Part shown: in pieces, positions 1 through 12,344 of the stretch
Layout of the letters: every line of letters begins with the position of its first letter
Numbering within the stretch: position 1 is the first letter of the stretch
Position numbers and translations under genes: made by a program
Notes under the pieces: generated by a model
Seen by the model: only the letters and a program-made list of their open reading frames with translations
What the model was told of the DNA's origin: nothing
Databases searched by the model: none
Assembly (NCBI GenBank): GCA_951406725.2
Contig: OX597821.1
Location: 85,374,001-85,438,000 of the forward strand
Reading direction: 5' to 3'
DNA length: 64,000 nt
Origin: Octopus vulgaris
Lineage: Eukaryota

Positions 1-173
1 TTTGCCTTGAATTTATACCTAACAGAGTAAACGGTATTCTTTCAAATAATTTCCTTTTGAAGTAATTTTCTCTCACAATGTTGACTGTCAACATTTTATG
101 CTAGTAAATTCAAGATGGAGTTTTTCCAACATGGCACCTGTCTTCATCTTCCTCGCCATTTTTTCTCATGCAA

Positions 174-335
174 TTACCACTCTGAGCATGCACAGTGGAT
201 GTGCTTGCCAAATCTCAAGAGTTCCCTATTGCATTCGCCTGTCTCGATTTCTCCACGCGGCCGGACTTTGACTGCCATGCACATGAACAGCGTTATCATC
301 AACACCGCCAATACTGTCACCACCTCAGCCTTCAT
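174..335 (-). CDS. Candidate 53-aa micropeptide MKAEVVTVLAVLMITLFMCMAVKVRPRGEIETGECNRELLRFGKHIHCACSEW (N-terminal hydrophobic helix, C-terminal HCAC)
   Basis: Manual translation. In-frame TAG three codons upstream of the ATG. Lies downstream of a good acceptor (ctgtttttgcAG| at 464-463). The 3' half retains CpG. The hydrophobic part could partly reflect GGT/GAT-rich low complexity. Confidence 0.4.
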   Translation of the reverse strand: MKAEVVTVLAVLMITLFMCMAVKVRPRGEIETGECNRELLRFGKHIHCACSEW

Positions 336-500
336 ACCAGACTACAGTGCTTACGTCACCACTTCCATGGTTTCAACACTAATTTCGAATCATTCCTGCA
401 CCATCTTCTGTACAGCAACCAGTTTTGTAGCCTTATACAGTAAATTTCAGCCACTCTGAGCACTGCAAAAACAGATACAGTAGCCCCTTGTAGCCTTCTA

Positions 501-598
501 ACTGTCCAACCCATGCCAGCATGGAAGGCAGATGTTAAATGATGATGATGATGACGATGATGATGTTGATGATGATGATGATGATGATGATGATGTTG
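501..598 (+). mobile_element. 3' tip of RTE-type LINE/SINE with (GAT)n tail
   Basis: gtccaacccatgccagcatggaaggcagatgttaaatgatgatg matches the 3' ends of the copies at 3436, 53120, 58916 and 60991. Confidence 0.8.
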
Positions 599-640
599 AC
601 ATATAAGCTATATAAATAAAAGCCTGGAAATATCAATATG

Positions 641-646
641 CGTGTT

Positions 647-677
<31 letters not shown>

Positions 678-700
678 TTGTGTGTGTTTGTGTGTGTGTG
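641..700. repeat. (GT)n microsatellite
   Basis: Directly visible. Confidence 0.95.
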
Positions 701-1122
701 CATGTAATACTTTAATATGCATCCTTATTTAGGGACCCAGATGGTTCCAATAAAAACGAGAAAAGAAAACATGTCAAACAGAAGATAATTTGTTCAAAGA
801 GTTATTTCAGAACTTGTCTGTTTTCACTGATATTTTTCTCTTGTCTAAAGTCTACCAGTTTTCACAAAAGCCTTTAAAGTATATCTCTCCACTCATCAAC
901 TTCACGAAATGGTGATACACTATGATTTGCAGCAGCTGTCTGCTTTTAACTCTAGAGAACCATTACTTATTTGAAATATATGTTCCTTTGGCTTTTGTGA
1001 AAAACAATTGTAGTCCTTAGATTTCTTCATTTCCTTTTGTTTCCTTCCATTGTGTTGAATGGAAGGTTTGAGGGACTGCTGGGATTTTAGTGACATTAGA
1101 AAATGTATGTACTATTAGCATC

Positions 1123-1125
<3 letters not shown>

Positions 1126-1154
<29 letters not shown>

Positions 1155-1196
1155 ATGAATAAAGAAATAAAGAATGAAAGAAAGAAAGAAAGAAAA
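1126..1196. repeat. (AAAT)n/(AAAG)n microsatellite
   Basis: Directly visible. Confidence 0.9.
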
Positions 1197-1475
1197 ACTT
1201 GTGTGCTCATTTCTGCAGAACTTCATATGAGAATTTGTCATTAGGAATAAAGTAGAAATTCAATATAGATAGAATTTTGCCTTTTTTTTTTCTTTTTTTT
1301 TCTACTTGACACAGAACCAACAGAGTTAGGAAGAAAACTTAACTGTTTCATAACTTTTTAAGTGGGTGTAGCAGAAATGCTTTTTAAAAGGCTGCATGAA
1401 ATATTTGGTAGGCAGACACAGAAAGCAACCTACCATACACAGACACACACACACACACACACACAAACACACACA

Positions 1476-1712
1476 TTGTCATCATCGTCATTGCTGTTGT
1501 CGTCATTGTCGCTAACATCATTGTCATTGTCGTTGTCGTCATCATCATCATATGTCTGTTTTCCATGTTGGTATGTGCTGGATGGGTTGACAGGAGCTAG
1601 CAAGTCAGACAGCTACATGAGGGTCCATTTGTCTGGTTTGGCATGGTTTCTATGGCTGGATGCCCTCCCTGATGCCAACCCCTTTACAAACTGTACTGGG
1701 TGCTTTTTTATG
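1476..1712 (-). mobile_element. Degenerate RTE-type 3' end with (CAT/CGT)n tail
   Basis: ttccatgttggtatgtgctggatggg...ggctggatgccctccctgatgccaacc is a diverged reverse complement of the RTE-tail family. Confidence 0.7.
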
Positions 1713-1897
1713 TGGGGTCATTTGTTTCCAATATTCTGTGAAAACATATCTGGTCATTAAGAAATATCACCTTTCTTGGAAACAAGGAAGAGTTAATGGA
1801 AAGAAGTGGATCTGGCTGAACAAAAAATCTTCCTCAATTAACCATTTCCAGCCCTTGCAAGGATGATAAAGTGGACTTTAAAACTATGATGATTATA

Positions 1898-2162
1898 AGA
1901 TAAATAAAAATAAATGTGCCCTTTTAAAGCCTAGCTAGGCTCATGGGCCTGGTTTCCCTGTTTCTATGGCGTATGTGTTCCCCAGCTGGATGGGACGCCA
2001 GTCCATTGCAGCGTTACTCATTTTTGCCAGCTGAGTGGAGTGGAGTAACATGAAATGAAGTATTTTGCTTGAGAACACAATGCGTTGCCCAGTCCAGGAA
2101 TTGAAACCACAATCTTATGATCATGGTGCTGACACCCTAACCACTAAGCCACGCGCCTCCAC
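1898..2162 (-). mobile_element. tRNA-derived SINE (V-domain-like family) with 12-bp TSD
   Basis: Head ggaggcgcgtggcttagtggttagg (A box) and gatggactggcgtccc-type central motif. Perfect TSD atgatgattata at 1886-1897 and 2163-2174. Homologous to 61511-61782. Confidence 0.9.
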
Positions 2163-2802
2163 ATGATGATTATATACTTTAAAAAATGTTTCATGTTTTG
2201 TATCACAAGAGATTATATAGCTCTTCCTGTGGTTTAGTGTGAGGTCAGCCCTCAGTGAGCAATCCTATGACCAAAGGCATTCCAGTCACAACCATCCTAC
2301 CTTTTCAGAAATACCTGGTTCTATGTTAATCAATCTGTCCTTCCTTTTTAAGATGGTGTATTTGACTTGAAGGATATTTGACTGCTGTTTTAAGCACATC
2401 AAGTAACCTCATTGAATCCCTCTCACGAATACAGTCTTTCTCATTTGAAGTGGGTAAGGGGTCTGTGAGGATTAAAAAGATGAATACAGGCAGCTGCCAG
2501 GTTTAATAAGATTAAGATAGCTTTAAACTTGTCCAACACCAAGACAAAGAAAGAAAAATTACAAGGTTGCAAACTCTATTTTGTTTCCTTATTAATAAAG
2601 CAGGAAAGGGACTGAAAATTTCAATTTTTGTTTTTTGATATGAGAGTTGGTATTTCTCTATATGAAAACCCATGCCCCCATAGAATGTATGCCTACTTGC
2701 TTTCCAGCTAACAATAGATTGATTATAAAGCAAATAGTGAGCCATAAATTCTTTCCCCTTCTCACCTGGGCATATTCTGTAGTCTTATTTCAGTCAAGTA
2801 AT

Positions 2803-3330
2803 GAAGACACATGGCTTGGAGGTTGGGTCTTTTGGCTCATGATCATAAGGCCATGAGTTTGATTTCCAGCAGTATGTTGTGTCCTTGAGCAAGACACTTT
2901 ATTTCACATTGCTCCAATCCACTCAATTGGTAAAAATTAGAAATACCTATATTTTATAGGGCCAGGCTTGTCACACACTGTGTCATGCTGAAACTCCCTA
3001 AGAATCACATTAAGGGTACATATCTGTGGAGCGAGCTGGCAGAAATGTTAGCAAGCCGGGCGAAATGCTTAGCGGTATTTCATCTGTCACTACGTTCTGA
3101 GTTCAAATTCCACCGAGGTCGATTAAATAAGTACCAGTTACACACTGGGGTTGATATAATCGACTTAATCCGTTTGTCTGTCCTCTCTGTGTTTAGCCCC
3201 TTGTGGGTAGTAAAGAAATAGGTACATGTCTGTGGAGTGCTCAGCCACTTGCATGTTAATTCCATGAGCAGGCTGTTCTGTTGATCAGATCAACTGGAAC
3301 CCTCATTGTTATATCTGACTAAATGCCAAT
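2803..3330 (+). mobile_element. Older tRNA-derived SINE (tgtgtccttgagcaagacacttta core), interrupted by a younger SINE
   Basis: Degenerate tRNA head plus CORE-like motif; sequence resumes after the duplicated target at 3221. Confidence 0.7.
3032..3220 (+). mobile_element. SINE (Meta-domain-like family) nested in an older SINE
   Basis: cgagctggcagaaatgttagc...gttcaaattccaccgaggtcga head. 17-bp TSD ggtacatRtctgtggag at 3015-3031 and 3221-3237. Confidence 0.9.
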
Positions 3331-3435
3331 TATTTCAATCAAGTTGTAACTTTATTGATATTTGTGTCTGACTAAATTGGAAAACAACGACCAGGATTGA
3401 GGCGATTGATGTTTATATTGAAGATCAAATTCGAT

Positions 3436-3835
3436 GACTGGCATCCGTGCTAGCGGGGTGCAAAGAGCACCATAAGAGAGTGATCGTTGGCAGAGCGGCT
3501 AACTGGATTCCATGCCAGTGAGACATAAACGGCACCATTTGAGTGTGATTGTTACCAGCATTGCCTTACTGGCACTTGTGCCAGTGGCACATGTAAAAAC
3601 ATTCGAGCGAGGTCGTTGCCAGTACCGCCTGACTGGCCCCCGTGCCGGTGGCACGTAAAAGCACCTACTACACTCTTGGAGTGGTTGGCGTTAGGAAGGG
3701 CATCCAGCTGTAGAAACTCTGCCAGATCAAGATTGGAGCCTTGTGCAGCCATCTGGTTCGTCAATCCTCAGTCAAATTGTCCAACCCATGCTAGCATGGA
3801 AAGCAGACATTAAACGATGATGATGACGATAATGA
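3436..3835 (+). mobile_element. RTE-type LINE 3' UTR fragment with internal ~70-90 bp subrepeats and (GAT)n tail
   Basis: Repeated actggc..gtgcc.gtggcac.taaaa units; ggcgttaggaagggcatccagctgtagaaac; tail aaacgatgatgatg. Confidence 0.85.
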
Positions 3836-4548
3836 CAATCTAAAGAAGCCATTCCTTTTGTATTGTTGTTGCTGTTGTTTAGTCCTAAGTCAGCTCTGAT
3901 CAAGCAGATCTTTGATTAAAAGTATTGCAGCTGTGACAATCCTTTGTTTAACATGGATTACATTGCTCAAAGTGTTCTTCTTTATTTAAAATATTTGGCC
4001 ATAATTTGAAGGAGATTTTGTTGCTATTTATTGCAGAAAAAGCAGCTCTATAAATGCTCCTTTGTAGGTGATGATTAGCTTAATTTCATTATTAATTTGG
4101 CAGTGGTTATGTAAAGTAGAATGGGTTGAGGTAAAATGACTTGAAAGACTAAGGTATTTGAATAATGTTGCATGAGTTATCAATTCAAATTAATCTCAAG
4201 TGTCTAAGTAGGACATTCAATTATATACATGTAATTCGTTATTATTATGATTATATGTATAATTAATTATAATTATGTGCCTCAGTTTACCTTCCTGTAA
4301 ATTTGGATTTACTGGGAAAAATTAATAGATAAAGACCATATTCATGGAAAGATTTGTGCTTCATTCAGCAGAAAGTAGAGAGATGTACCACTTCTATAAG
4401 ATTGTTGGTGATTAATTTAAAGGTTAAACTAAATTTAACACTAAGTAAAATAGATCTTTCACTGGAAACTCATCAAATGGTATTGCTTATAAAACATCCA
4501 CTCCCTTATACATTACTGCTTCGTTAAAACATTGAGCTTCCCCACTGC

Positions 4549-4582
<34 letters not shown>

Positions 4583-4952
4583 ACTCTCGAACTGTAATGC
4601 AATAATGTTTACTTTAAAAACGATTTTTTTTCAAACTCATTTCTATTGATATCTCAATGTTTCAACTGATCTTATTACAACCATTTTCTCCACCCATTTT
4701 CTTTCATCTGTCTTCCTTGCAACAACTTTGATGATACTGTTTAGTTTTGTAAAATTAACAACTTTTTTGTGTTGCTTTTGATGGATATTATCTCATGTTA
4801 TTTATTAAAAAAAAAAAAAATTGATCTACTTTTAATTAACCAAAGTTTCAAATAGCTTATTTATTTCCTTTACTCAACCAGTTTCACAGAGATCAGAGAA
4901 TAGAACATATGCACCAGAAAACTTTGGCCAATATTAAAACTGACCACTAGTC

Positions 4953-5152
4953 AGGCAGTGAGCTGGCAGAATTGTTAGCGTGCTGGGTAAAATACTTAGC
5001 AGGATTTCATCCATCTGCATGTTCTGAGTTCAAATTCCACCAAGTTCAACGTTGCCATTTGTTTTTTTGAGGTCGATAAAATAAGCCCCAGTTGAACACT
5101 TATCCCTTCCCCACCAAATTTCTGGCTTTGTGCCAAAATTTGAAATCAATAT
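4953..5152 (+). mobile_element. SINE (Meta-domain-like family), diverged
   Basis: ggcagtgagctggcagaattgttagc...gttctgagttcaaattcc...ggtcgataaaataag. Confidence 0.8.
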
Positions 5153-5849
5153 CAAACTGATAACAACTGGCATTAATTATAACTGTAATTAGCATTATCA
5201 TCACGAGGTCATTTATTCTACAGTAGGAGCTGCTTTCTGTTCTTAAGCATGTTAGCTCTTATTGCTACGAATTACCGCAAGTGTTTAAGAAACGAAGAAT
5301 TGATTACCATCACTTTGTGTCTCTGGTATTTTTTTTCACCTAAATGCCATCTTAAAAGGATTGTAATGTTGATATAAAAATTAATCAGAAGTATCTATTA
5401 AATTTGTTTTTAAACATGACCTCCTTTCTAACCTATCTGTCATTTGATTTCAATGTTATCAGTTTCAGAATGCTTCTCTGGTGGTTTAGCTAATCAAAAT
5501 TAATAAACCTGTTGCTTTGCTTGCTATGTTTTCAAAGAAAATCCAGTAATTTGTCACTCAGTGTTTTGTTTGTAGTTTATATTCATTGTCCCCAAGATCT
5601 TCAAATCTCATTTGGTAAGTTGTAAATTTTACAGGTTTTATATCAAATACCATTTTAATTTATCTGTCTTCTGTAATGTCATATGATTTATAAAATATTC
5701 CAATTATTCTATTTTCTTTGAATTTTAGCCTGTATAAGCAGTTTGCCTCAGATATATAGCATATGGTCTACCCTTTATAATGTTTTGCTCATTTTTATAG
5801 ACGTATCTGAACTTTGCTAACAATGTTTGAAAATAGTCATTCATTTGTA

Positions 5850-6666
5850 CCATCTGGGTGGATTCTGCCTACAACTGCAACTAAAGACTATCATCTATAA
5901 AGAAAAACTAGCCTTTTGCATGTCATATCTTAAATGTTCTCCCTCCTCCATCAACTCTCCAAATGCAGCCAATTTTTCTGATCTTTTGCTACAAATTTTG
6001 TGGAAGCCTCTTATCTACCACTCCTTCAAAATTAGTAGTTATTTAGAGAAAGTCTCTGCCTGCCTTGTATCTAACTTCACATCGAACATACTTGACCAAA
6101 CTCCTCTAAAACTTTGCCTTCATTCCATCAGTTTCAACATGACATTTACATACACGCAAATTGCCAAAATACCTCTAATTACACCAAACCAACAAAACAA
6201 CCACCCTTAACAATATTCCTTCTATCAATCTGTCTCTCTGTTTCTCCAGAAACAAACCATGGTCTATATACTATAGTATATGTCCATTCCTACAGAAGTG
6301 AAATTCTGACCCTGCCACCTATCTAACTATTACATTTCTTTCCAAGTTCTCCAAATGATGAAAATAATTGTTCACAAACACCTTTTCCAATGCCTTGAGC
6401 TCCTCTCTGTTTCCAGTATCCACAAGTACGGTTTCCATATAACCCAGATCTGTGGAGGACCTGTTGTTCTCTTATGTCAATCACAATTGTTGTCCCTGAG
6501 AAATATGATTGATGCAGTGTTGTTGCACTGAGCTTCAGCAAAACCTTTGACCATATTTGGCATGAAAATATTCAGGTCAAACTATCGACCAATGGGATTC
6601 ATCTTACGTTAGTCTCTTAGGCTAGAAGATTCCTGTTAGAACATACTGCTTACTTGCTAACTGACT

Positions 6667-6715
<49 letters not shown>

Positions 6716-7240
6716 CATATATATATATGAATCAAAATATACAAAATGAATATAAAAATATAAGTATAAAAGAAGTTTAAGAATATACAACATATATATG
6801 CTCCACAAACACACACACACACGCACACACACATGCACACACACACATTGTTGAATGGTTGTTGACTACTCATTAGTTGTTCTGCCCTTTGACGAGTCTT
6901 ACTTTACATTTGCCAGGGTGTCCAACAATCCCCCTCCTCACTTAGCAAGCTTGGTGGGGCTGGCAGTTTAGTTGCTGATGACCTGACCATGTAATAGGTT
7001 GTACTGGGCTACATGTTACCAGTAGTGTTCAAGAGCAACCAATAGCACTCGAGAGTGACCCGACCACTATTACAGTATGCTCAGACTGGGCTCTCTCCGA
7101 TTTGCTACTTACCACATCAAGGGGTACTTACCACATCTGGTGCACGTCAAGGCTCAGATAAGTAACCCACACTGTTTCTCTTGAATATTGATGATCTGCT
7201 TGCTGTACCCTCAGCAAAGTTCATTCCTCTTTTCACTCCT
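5850..7240 (+). mobile_element. Degraded non-LTR (CR1/Jockey-like) reverse transcriptase pseudogene, interrupted by microsatellites and an insertion at ~6650-7165
   Basis: Frameshifted translation of ~6320-6640 gives SNY..FSK.MEIIVHKHL..YGFH..RSVEDLL..VVALSFSKTFDHIWH..VKL..GI (RT motifs SNYRPIS/QYGFR/ALDISKAFDRVWH). 7170-7210 gives LFLLNIDDLL (the motif preceding YADD). Confidence 0.75.
6670..6846. repeat. (TA)n and (CA)n microsatellites
   Basis: Directly visible. Confidence 0.9.
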
Positions 7241-8149
7241 CATCTACAGGTAAGTGTTCTCATTCCACTCTTTATTCTTTTATTAATTTATGCCCACAGG
7301 TGTCATCCATGGGCAACTTAGACAACTGACGTTATACCTGCATGGTTCCCATAAGCAGAACCCTTGAAAAATTTCTCCTATAGCAGCACAATTATGTTGT
7401 TTTCTTCAACAGGACAAAGACACAATGCACATTAAAGTTACTTCATTACAAATGCAAGGACTTGCAAATCACTGATAATTTCTCCCCTTTGGAGATAGAA
7501 AATTACTTCAGCTCCGAACAACAACTCAATCTCATTAAAAACGTAAAAATTGAAACCTTGTAATAGAGTACTGTTCCTACAACCATCACAGTACTTCTGC
7601 TACACATATAAAAATTCACGGTTGCATCCAAACAAAGAAATGTCCAGCTGATTGACAAATAATCTCACACCAACACATTCTAACCTCTTCTACACAGACA
7701 TGCTGTCTGTGTACAAGTGGTTGACACAGGAACTTTGAGACACATCAGGATTGGCAGGCTGTGAGTCAGAGAGATTTCCATCTGTGCAGCATGCATAGAT
7801 GTTCATTCTGCCTCTTCTACCACTACAACACTTACTGTACTTTAGATCTAGTTACTTACATACCACTTCTACCTAAGCTCAGATGTCACACTCATCTCTC
7901 CTCCCCTCATCACCTTCTCTGTGTATCCCCTCCCAGACCCTTCACTAACTATTACACCCATTCATTCCTCCCTATGACGTCAACTTTTTAAGATTCTCAT
8001 CTCACTCAGATTTTTACCATAAACCAGTCTTCAAGAATCTGTGAAGGTCATGGATACAGATCATTCCTCCCAACCAACTAAAACCACAAAGAAAGCTTCT
8101 TTTATCATCTCTGCTTTTATTTGATTACTGCCTAATTAAGTCAGCTTAC

Positions 8150-8242
8150 CTCACATCTTCCTAAGTAGGCTTCATCCACAAACTTCACACTTCCAAGGTC
8201 CATAACCACTGGCTTCAAATCACCCAACTACTTTTATTATGG
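8150..8242 (-). other. Candidate 93-nt exon containing the start of short ORF MDLGSVKFVDEAYLGRCE (8203-8150, phase 0)
   Basis: Acceptor ctacatttcAG| and strong donor GAG|gtaagc; unique sequence. Confidence 0.45.
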
Positions 8243-8852
8243 CTGAAATGTAGCAGTACAGGTGAAAAACGCTGCACATAACACTTGGAGAAAATGATCT
8301 ATCATTCGAAATGGAGAAGCCTCTGTTTAGCCTCTCAACCTACTAGAAATAACAGCTAAATAGGAGAAAAAGTCATCATAGATGTAATCCCTTTGATAAT
8401 AAGACTAACCTGGGATAAAACAATAACAAACAACACTTATAAGATGACCACCAGAAAATCAAAACACACCCCACTTACACAATACAGTCAGTCAGTAAGT
8501 TCTCCTGTCTTCTAAATTATATCCTGGTCTTCTGGTTTACTCCATTTAAAATTTCCTTTTTTTGTTGGTGGTTAAGTTAGAGGAAGAAAAGGGGCAGTGA
8601 TTGTTAAGTTTTGTTTTTGACTTTGCAGGGCCTCTTAGACCAGTGGGAAAAGGGGAGATAGAAAGCATAACTTAATGGTTGTCCTCTGAACTGGTCCAAA
8701 TGCCTGCAACAAAAATGAACTCAGGGTCCATATTATTAAACAATATTAGTTTGTGCAATAAATTTTGGTCTCTCATTTCTTAGAATCTGCTATAAACTGG
8801 TGGAGACAGCATTAAAGAAAGGGACCTAATGTTAGGGTTTCTATTAGTCTAA

Positions 8853-9002
8853 GTCATGCATGGGCAACCTTTTTCAAGAAGTGGGCCATAAGAGACATTA
8901 CTCATCATCAGGAGGGTCACACTACTAAAATATTTCAAAGTCATTCAGACTTAAGTGTGCCATTCAGAAAGTTCATCCGAGGCTGCTGTTTGCCCATGAC
9001 TA
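8853..9002. mobile_element. hAT-like MITE
   Basis: Inverted termini catgggcaacc ... gtttgcccatgac; a related copy lies in the opposite orientation at 10644-10766. Confidence 0.55.
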
Positions 9003-9080
9003 TTCTAAGCCAACAGAAAGTATGAAACTAGGCAGTACTGAGATAAATAAAGCAGTCATCCCAAGAAGGTCCCCACTTAC

Positions 9081-9296
9081 TTTGTAGAATTCTTCTGCTT
9101 TTCATTCAACCAAAATGACTGTGAGAAGTACTTCTAGCAACAAAACTACCACATTTGCAGTCCGTTTATCTTTCTAGACGACTCTGTACAAAACTTCTGA
9201 TAAATTCACTTTCATCATTCTACATGTCTCGCTGCCGCATACACAATCACAGAACTGATAGAATTCCATGTGTCACCCTCAGACATTGTGTTGCAG
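9081..9296 (-). other. Candidate exon containing short ORF MEFYQFCDCVCGSETCRMMKVNLSEVLYRVV (9269-9174)
   Basis: Canonical donor aaa|GTAAGT at 9080. Acceptor is weak (tatttctAG| 9298-9297; alternative ctttgtcAG| 9398-9397). Unique, CpG-containing sequence. Confidence 0.4.
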
Positions 9297-9442
9297 CTAG
9301 AAATACCGTCTTTACCAAACGTTTTAATATTTCCCTTTTCCCAGAGATCTAGTCAAGTGTATGCAACATTGTTCCATCAGTCAGCTTGGAGAACAGCTGA
9401 CAAAGTTTTGAATTGTACTTGATTATTTACTTGTGTGAACAT

Positions 9443-9846
9443 GGCGCAGGAGTGGCTGTGTGGTAAGTAGCTTGCTAACCAACCACATGGTTGCGGGTTC
9501 AGTCCCACTGCGTGGCATCTTGGGCAAGTGTCTTCTGCTACAGCCCCAGGCCGACCAATGCCTTGTGAGTGGATTTGGTAGACGGAAACTGAAAGAAGCC
9601 TGTCGTATATATGTATATATATGTATGTGTTTGTGTGTCTGTGTTTGTCCCCCTAGCATTGCTTGACAGCCGATGCTGGTGTGTTTACGTTCCCTTCACT
9701 TAGCGGTTCGGCAAAAGAGACCGATAGAATAAGTACTGGGCTTACAAAGAATAAGTCCCAGGGTCGATTTGCTCGACTAAAGGCGGTGCTCCAGCACGGC
9801 CGCAGTCATTTGACTGAAACCAGTAAAAGAGAGAGTAAAAGAGTAT
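9443..9846 (+). mobile_element. Full-length tRNA-derived SINE (family with internal TA/TG microsatellite and (AAAGAGT)n tail)
   Basis: ggcgcaggagtggctgtgtggtaagtagc (A box), gggttcagtccc (B box); homologous copies at 16385, 55963, 58095. Confidence 0.92.
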
Positions 9847-10643
9847 GTGTACTTCTCTGCATGTGTAAGTAAATATACGCACATGAAAATATGTATAGTT
9901 TAATGCCACCATTATCAAATCCTTAGGTGCAAGCATTCAGATTATACCCCAATTCCCTAAAGACCCATGTTTCTATGGTAGACACGTTCAGGTTAGGCAT
10001 CAGTGATATTAATCTCATCAGTCAACCAAAGCTTTCAAAAAATCTTGTTTGCTGAATATTGATTTTTCTGTAAAAGATTTCATGTTATTTGTTGTAAAGA
10101 TTGCATCAAAGCATATATGACTAATTCTATCTCAATATATTTACCTTAATTATTAATCTCACCTTTACCTTATCTTATGTCATAATTAAACCTGTGTGTG
10201 TGTGCACATTTTTTTCTTTGTGCGCTAGTTGCAAAACGTATGAGTGTGCACAAGGGCACAGCTTTGAAAGAACGTGGGTTACGTCTGGAATTTGTAAATG
10301 CCTGTGATCATAGATCTGAAAATATGATTAATCAATACAATTTTCCCTGTCACTCATATTCATCCTTTAAGATAATTTAATTCACCTTTCGCACCCAAAC
10401 TTTGTTATAAATCGTATCTTTGAATTTATGAAAGATACGTTTTATTCTGTTTTTAACTTACGGAGGATAACTAGGTTTATAAACAGGAATAAAAGGAAAT
10501 TAATAGACGTTATTAACCAGAACGTGTTGCCCTGACTAGCACTACCAACTGACCCTTGTATGGCTTTAGTAGAGTCCATACTGAGACAAGCAAACTAGCC
10601 AACTTTCTAGTCTAAGAAAAACCTCCTTCTGCGTGTCATAGAT

Positions 10644-10766
10644 CAGTCATGGACAACCTGAGGCTCGCCAAACGAAAAATAAGCTTAAATTTTTTAGTGG
10701 TGCAGTCTGCCAAATAATGAACCATGTCTCATGCGGCCCGATTCTCGAAAAAGATTGGCCATGATT
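10644..10766. mobile_element. hAT-like MITE (second copy)
   Basis: cagtcatggacaacc ... gattggccatgatt termini; tgtctcatgcggcccgattctcgaaaaag is the reverse-complement homologue of 8870-8897. Confidence 0.5.
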
Positions 10767-11355
10767 ATCATCGAAGCTCTGAAAAGTGTTATAAACGTAG
10801 CTTTTCCTTCTGTGATTTCGCGTCATTAAAAAGATGACCATTGACATTTCAGGGGAAGTAACTCTTAGAGTATAATTAGACTCAAGAAATCTGACAATGC
10901 AATGGAAGTAATTGATATGATATGGAGTGGAAAACTGGTTGGGGAAAACCAACGTCTGCCTTCCATGGGTCAGCATGGGTCAGCTAAAACTCCTGCGTAG
11001 AGTTTTATTTAGTAATTATAAAGTTACCAGCTGAAACAGTGTAACGTGATTTGTCGAAGGACTTCTAGAAGTATTATTGTTTAACTTCAGGTTAACTTTG
11101 ATTGAACAAATAGCGATGACCATATAATCACCTTTTTTGTAATGTATATTTAGGAATACATTGTCCAATGTGTGTGTGTGTGTGTGTGTTTTTTTAAGGC
11201 AATAGGGTAGGATTTGATGGAGATTTGACTTCTGTTTCTGGCAGATCAAAAAACTATGTAGAGCAGGGTCGGCGATCCCTTTACTCATGGGCAAAATTTT
11301 ACCCATTTTCGTCTGCTTGTTGATAAAGTATTAAACGAAACGCATAAAGGTTCCA

Positions 11356-11496
11356 ACACACACACACACACACACACACATACTTACACGTAAAATACTT
11401 CCATTTTTGCCGAGCATCAAACTAATACACCTGCTTGTTGTTCTACACTTGTCTTCGTCTTTTGTTTTCTGTAAATTTGGAGCATATATACATACG

Positions 11497-11550
<54 letters not shown>

Positions 11551-11620
11551 CATACATACATACATACATACATACATACATACATACATACATACGTACA
11601 CACACACACATATACACAGA
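11356..11620. repeat. Compound (CA)/(TACA)/(TA) microsatellite enclosing a ~100-bp interspersed repeat (11384-11484)
   Basis: Microsatellites directly visible; aatacacctgcttgttgttctacacttgtcttcgtcttttgttttctgtaaatt is a microsatellite-associated repeat end (Penelope-like affinity inferred). Confidence 0.75.
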
Positions 11621-11739
11621 CATGAAAGAAGTAAATACACACTCTTATAATCATTAAAATTTATTTAAATGTGAAATTATACATTCAAATTATTTTATTA
11701 ATTGTTATAATGTGAACATTCAATATTTAGTTGACATGC

Positions 11740-12120
11740 TCTTTGCATTTTTCAGTGCAAGGGCCCTATTTGGATTGTTACTGATCAGATGGTGAATATT
11801 CTCTTGTGGAATTTCTTTCCAAGTTCCATGCAATAATCTCAAAAGATCTGGCTTTGAAGATGCTTTCTTGTTCTGTTTATGAAATGTCCTGTCCATTATG
11901 CCCCAAAGGTATTCTATAGGGTTTCATATCTGGTGACTAGCTTGGCGATGGAAGCTTTCTAATGCCATTCTTTTCCAACAAATCTTGGGTCATTTTAACT
12001 GTGTGACAAGGAATCCCATCTTCCATAAATAGAGAGCCTTCTTTAATCATTTCACCACTGGAGAAGTTTGGAAGGAATCCTTTCTGCAATATGGTCACAT
12101 ATTTATCTGAGTTTATGTTT
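11740..12120 (-). mobile_element. Tc1/mariner transposase remnant (DDE catalytic C-terminal part)
   Basis: INSDKYVTILQKGFLP..LFMEDGIPCHTVKMTQDLLEKNGIRKLPSPS*SPDMKP matches the Tc1 F.QDNAPCH.AK...W....I..L.WP.QSPDLNPIE motif; contains stops and frameshifts. Confidence 0.85.
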
Positions 12121-12344
12121 ATATATATATATATATAGTGTAGCATCCTCATATTTGTCATAGTTATCATTTCTGCCATTCTACCTGCCAGCTTTCTTCA
12201 TTACTTCAGTAATCTTTGAGGCACAAACTTGCCTAGGTTCTAGCATGGCTGTGTAATTAAGAAATTTTTAAAAAATTTAAATCTAAAAGGAAGAGGAAAG
12301 ATCGATTCTTGATGTTTGCAACTTTGCCTTGACTCCCTTCATGT

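Noticed and set aside
115-459. Plus-strand ORFs of 114 aa and 82 aa (His-rich)
   Set aside because: No recognisable domain or good splice/start context; splice signals here favour the minus strand
7300-8100. Possible Penelope GIY-YIG/RT remnants
   Set aside because: Too degraded to give convincing motifs by eye
8170-8210. Minus-strand PWKCEVCG resembling a C2H2 zinc-finger start
   Set aside because: Bounded by stops, with no His pair and no ATG
9174-9296. In-frame TGA-x-TGA upstream of a Cys-rich frame suggesting a selenoprotein; CVCGSETCR resembling post-SET
   Set aside because: The frame ends in TAG, no SECIS is recognisable, and no SET-domain exons are present
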